Assembly: GCA_964618065.1 (NCBI GenBank)
Contig: CAZTZK010000019.1
Coordinates: 1 to 54,939, forward strand
DNA: 54,939 nucleotides
Reading direction: 5' to 3'
Source of the DNA: an uncultured Candidatus Saccharibacteria bacterium
GTDB taxonomy: Bacteria > Patescibacteriota > Minisyncoccia > CAIUEV01 > JAHKAQ01
Position numbers and translations under genes: made by a program
The notes under the pieces: generated by a model
Database searches by the model: none
The model's input: the letters and a program-made list of their open reading frames with translations, nothing else
What the model was told of the DNA's origin: nothing
In this document: positions 54,856-54,939 of the stretch, in pieces
How positions within the stretch are numbered: position 1 is the stretch's first letter
Layout of the letters: each line of letters opens with the position of its first letter

Positions 54856-54894
54856 TAGAAATGTCCTACCCTCCAGCAATATAGAAATGTCCTA
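54856..54894. repeat. Two exact 13-nt direct repeats TAGAAATGTCCTA spaced 26 bp apart
   Basis: The copies lie at 54856-54868 and 54882-54894. A related AAATGTCAAGG occurs at 54840-54850 and GTGTCAAG at 54743-54750. All lie in the noncoding region upstream of the minus-strand gene, at the window edge. Confidence 0.6.
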
Positions 54895-54939
54895 GTAGAC
54901 CATTTCGTTAGGTTAATTAAATATTTAAACTTGTTGTTT

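Noticed and set aside
1-54939. Alternative genetic code (UGA as Gly or Trp), as in some CPR and Mollicutes lineages
   Set aside because: Conserved genes (the HD gene, GH1, metG and the LTD gene) terminate at TGA at their expected lengths. EF-Tu, EF-G and the r-proteins have no in-frame TGA. The standard code 11 fits.
1-54939. CRISPR arrays, transposases, integrases, prophage or toxin-antitoxin modules
   Set aside because: No regularly spaced repeat array and no ORF with recognisable integrase, transposase, Cas or phage structural motifs. The only repeats are the short ones listed as features.

Overview
AT-rich, very gene-dense bacterial chromosomal window under the standard genetic code. Conserved genes end at TGA at their expected lengths, and none is interrupted by an in-frame TGA. 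The content looks like a Candidate Phyla Radiation / Patescibacteria-type genome. The evidence is a str-S10-spc ribosomal superoperon with no rpmD (L30), starts that mostly lack a Shine-Dalgarno, a type IV pilin plus ComEC, several giant polytopic membrane proteins, and few biosynthetic genes. That taxonomic placement is inference. Gene order: (1) a minus-strand operon of a GT-C-like membrane protein, a secreted orphan, a small membrane protein, rnhB and mpg; (2) a NuoE-like / NuoF-like / [FeFe]-hydrogenase-like trio followed by gap; (3) a type IV pilin-like gene, a possible 29-aa membrane peptide, murD, and ComEC split into channel and metallo-beta-lactamase ORFs; (4) ndk; (5) rpsL-rpsG-fusA, an inserted HD-domain gene, a 351-nt spacer, tuf, then rpsJ through rplO (24 r-protein genes, several with Lys-rich extensions); (6) a class IV aminotransferase where secY would normally follow; (7) a C39-like peptidase divergent from a beta-helix/lipase fusion; (8) a sugar cluster of GH1, a DMT transporter, an anchored clan GH-A hydrolase, a ROK kinase and two giant membrane proteins; (9) housekeeping genes (NIF3-like, M16 peptidase, AI-2E transporter, metG, tatD, tRNA-Leu(UAG)); (10) a UvrD-type helicase fused to a Cas4-like Fe-S nuclease; (11) a two-gene module of a TasA/camelysin-like protein plus a lamin-tail-domain protein with the same N-terminal motif; (12) a convergent acidic membrane-anchored protein. 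I saw no rRNA, CRISPR array, transposase, integrase or prophage genes. The best candidates for something new are the TasA-like/LTD module, the divergent hydrogenase-like trio, and the systematic r-protein extensions. All family calls come from motif recognition by eye, with no database search.
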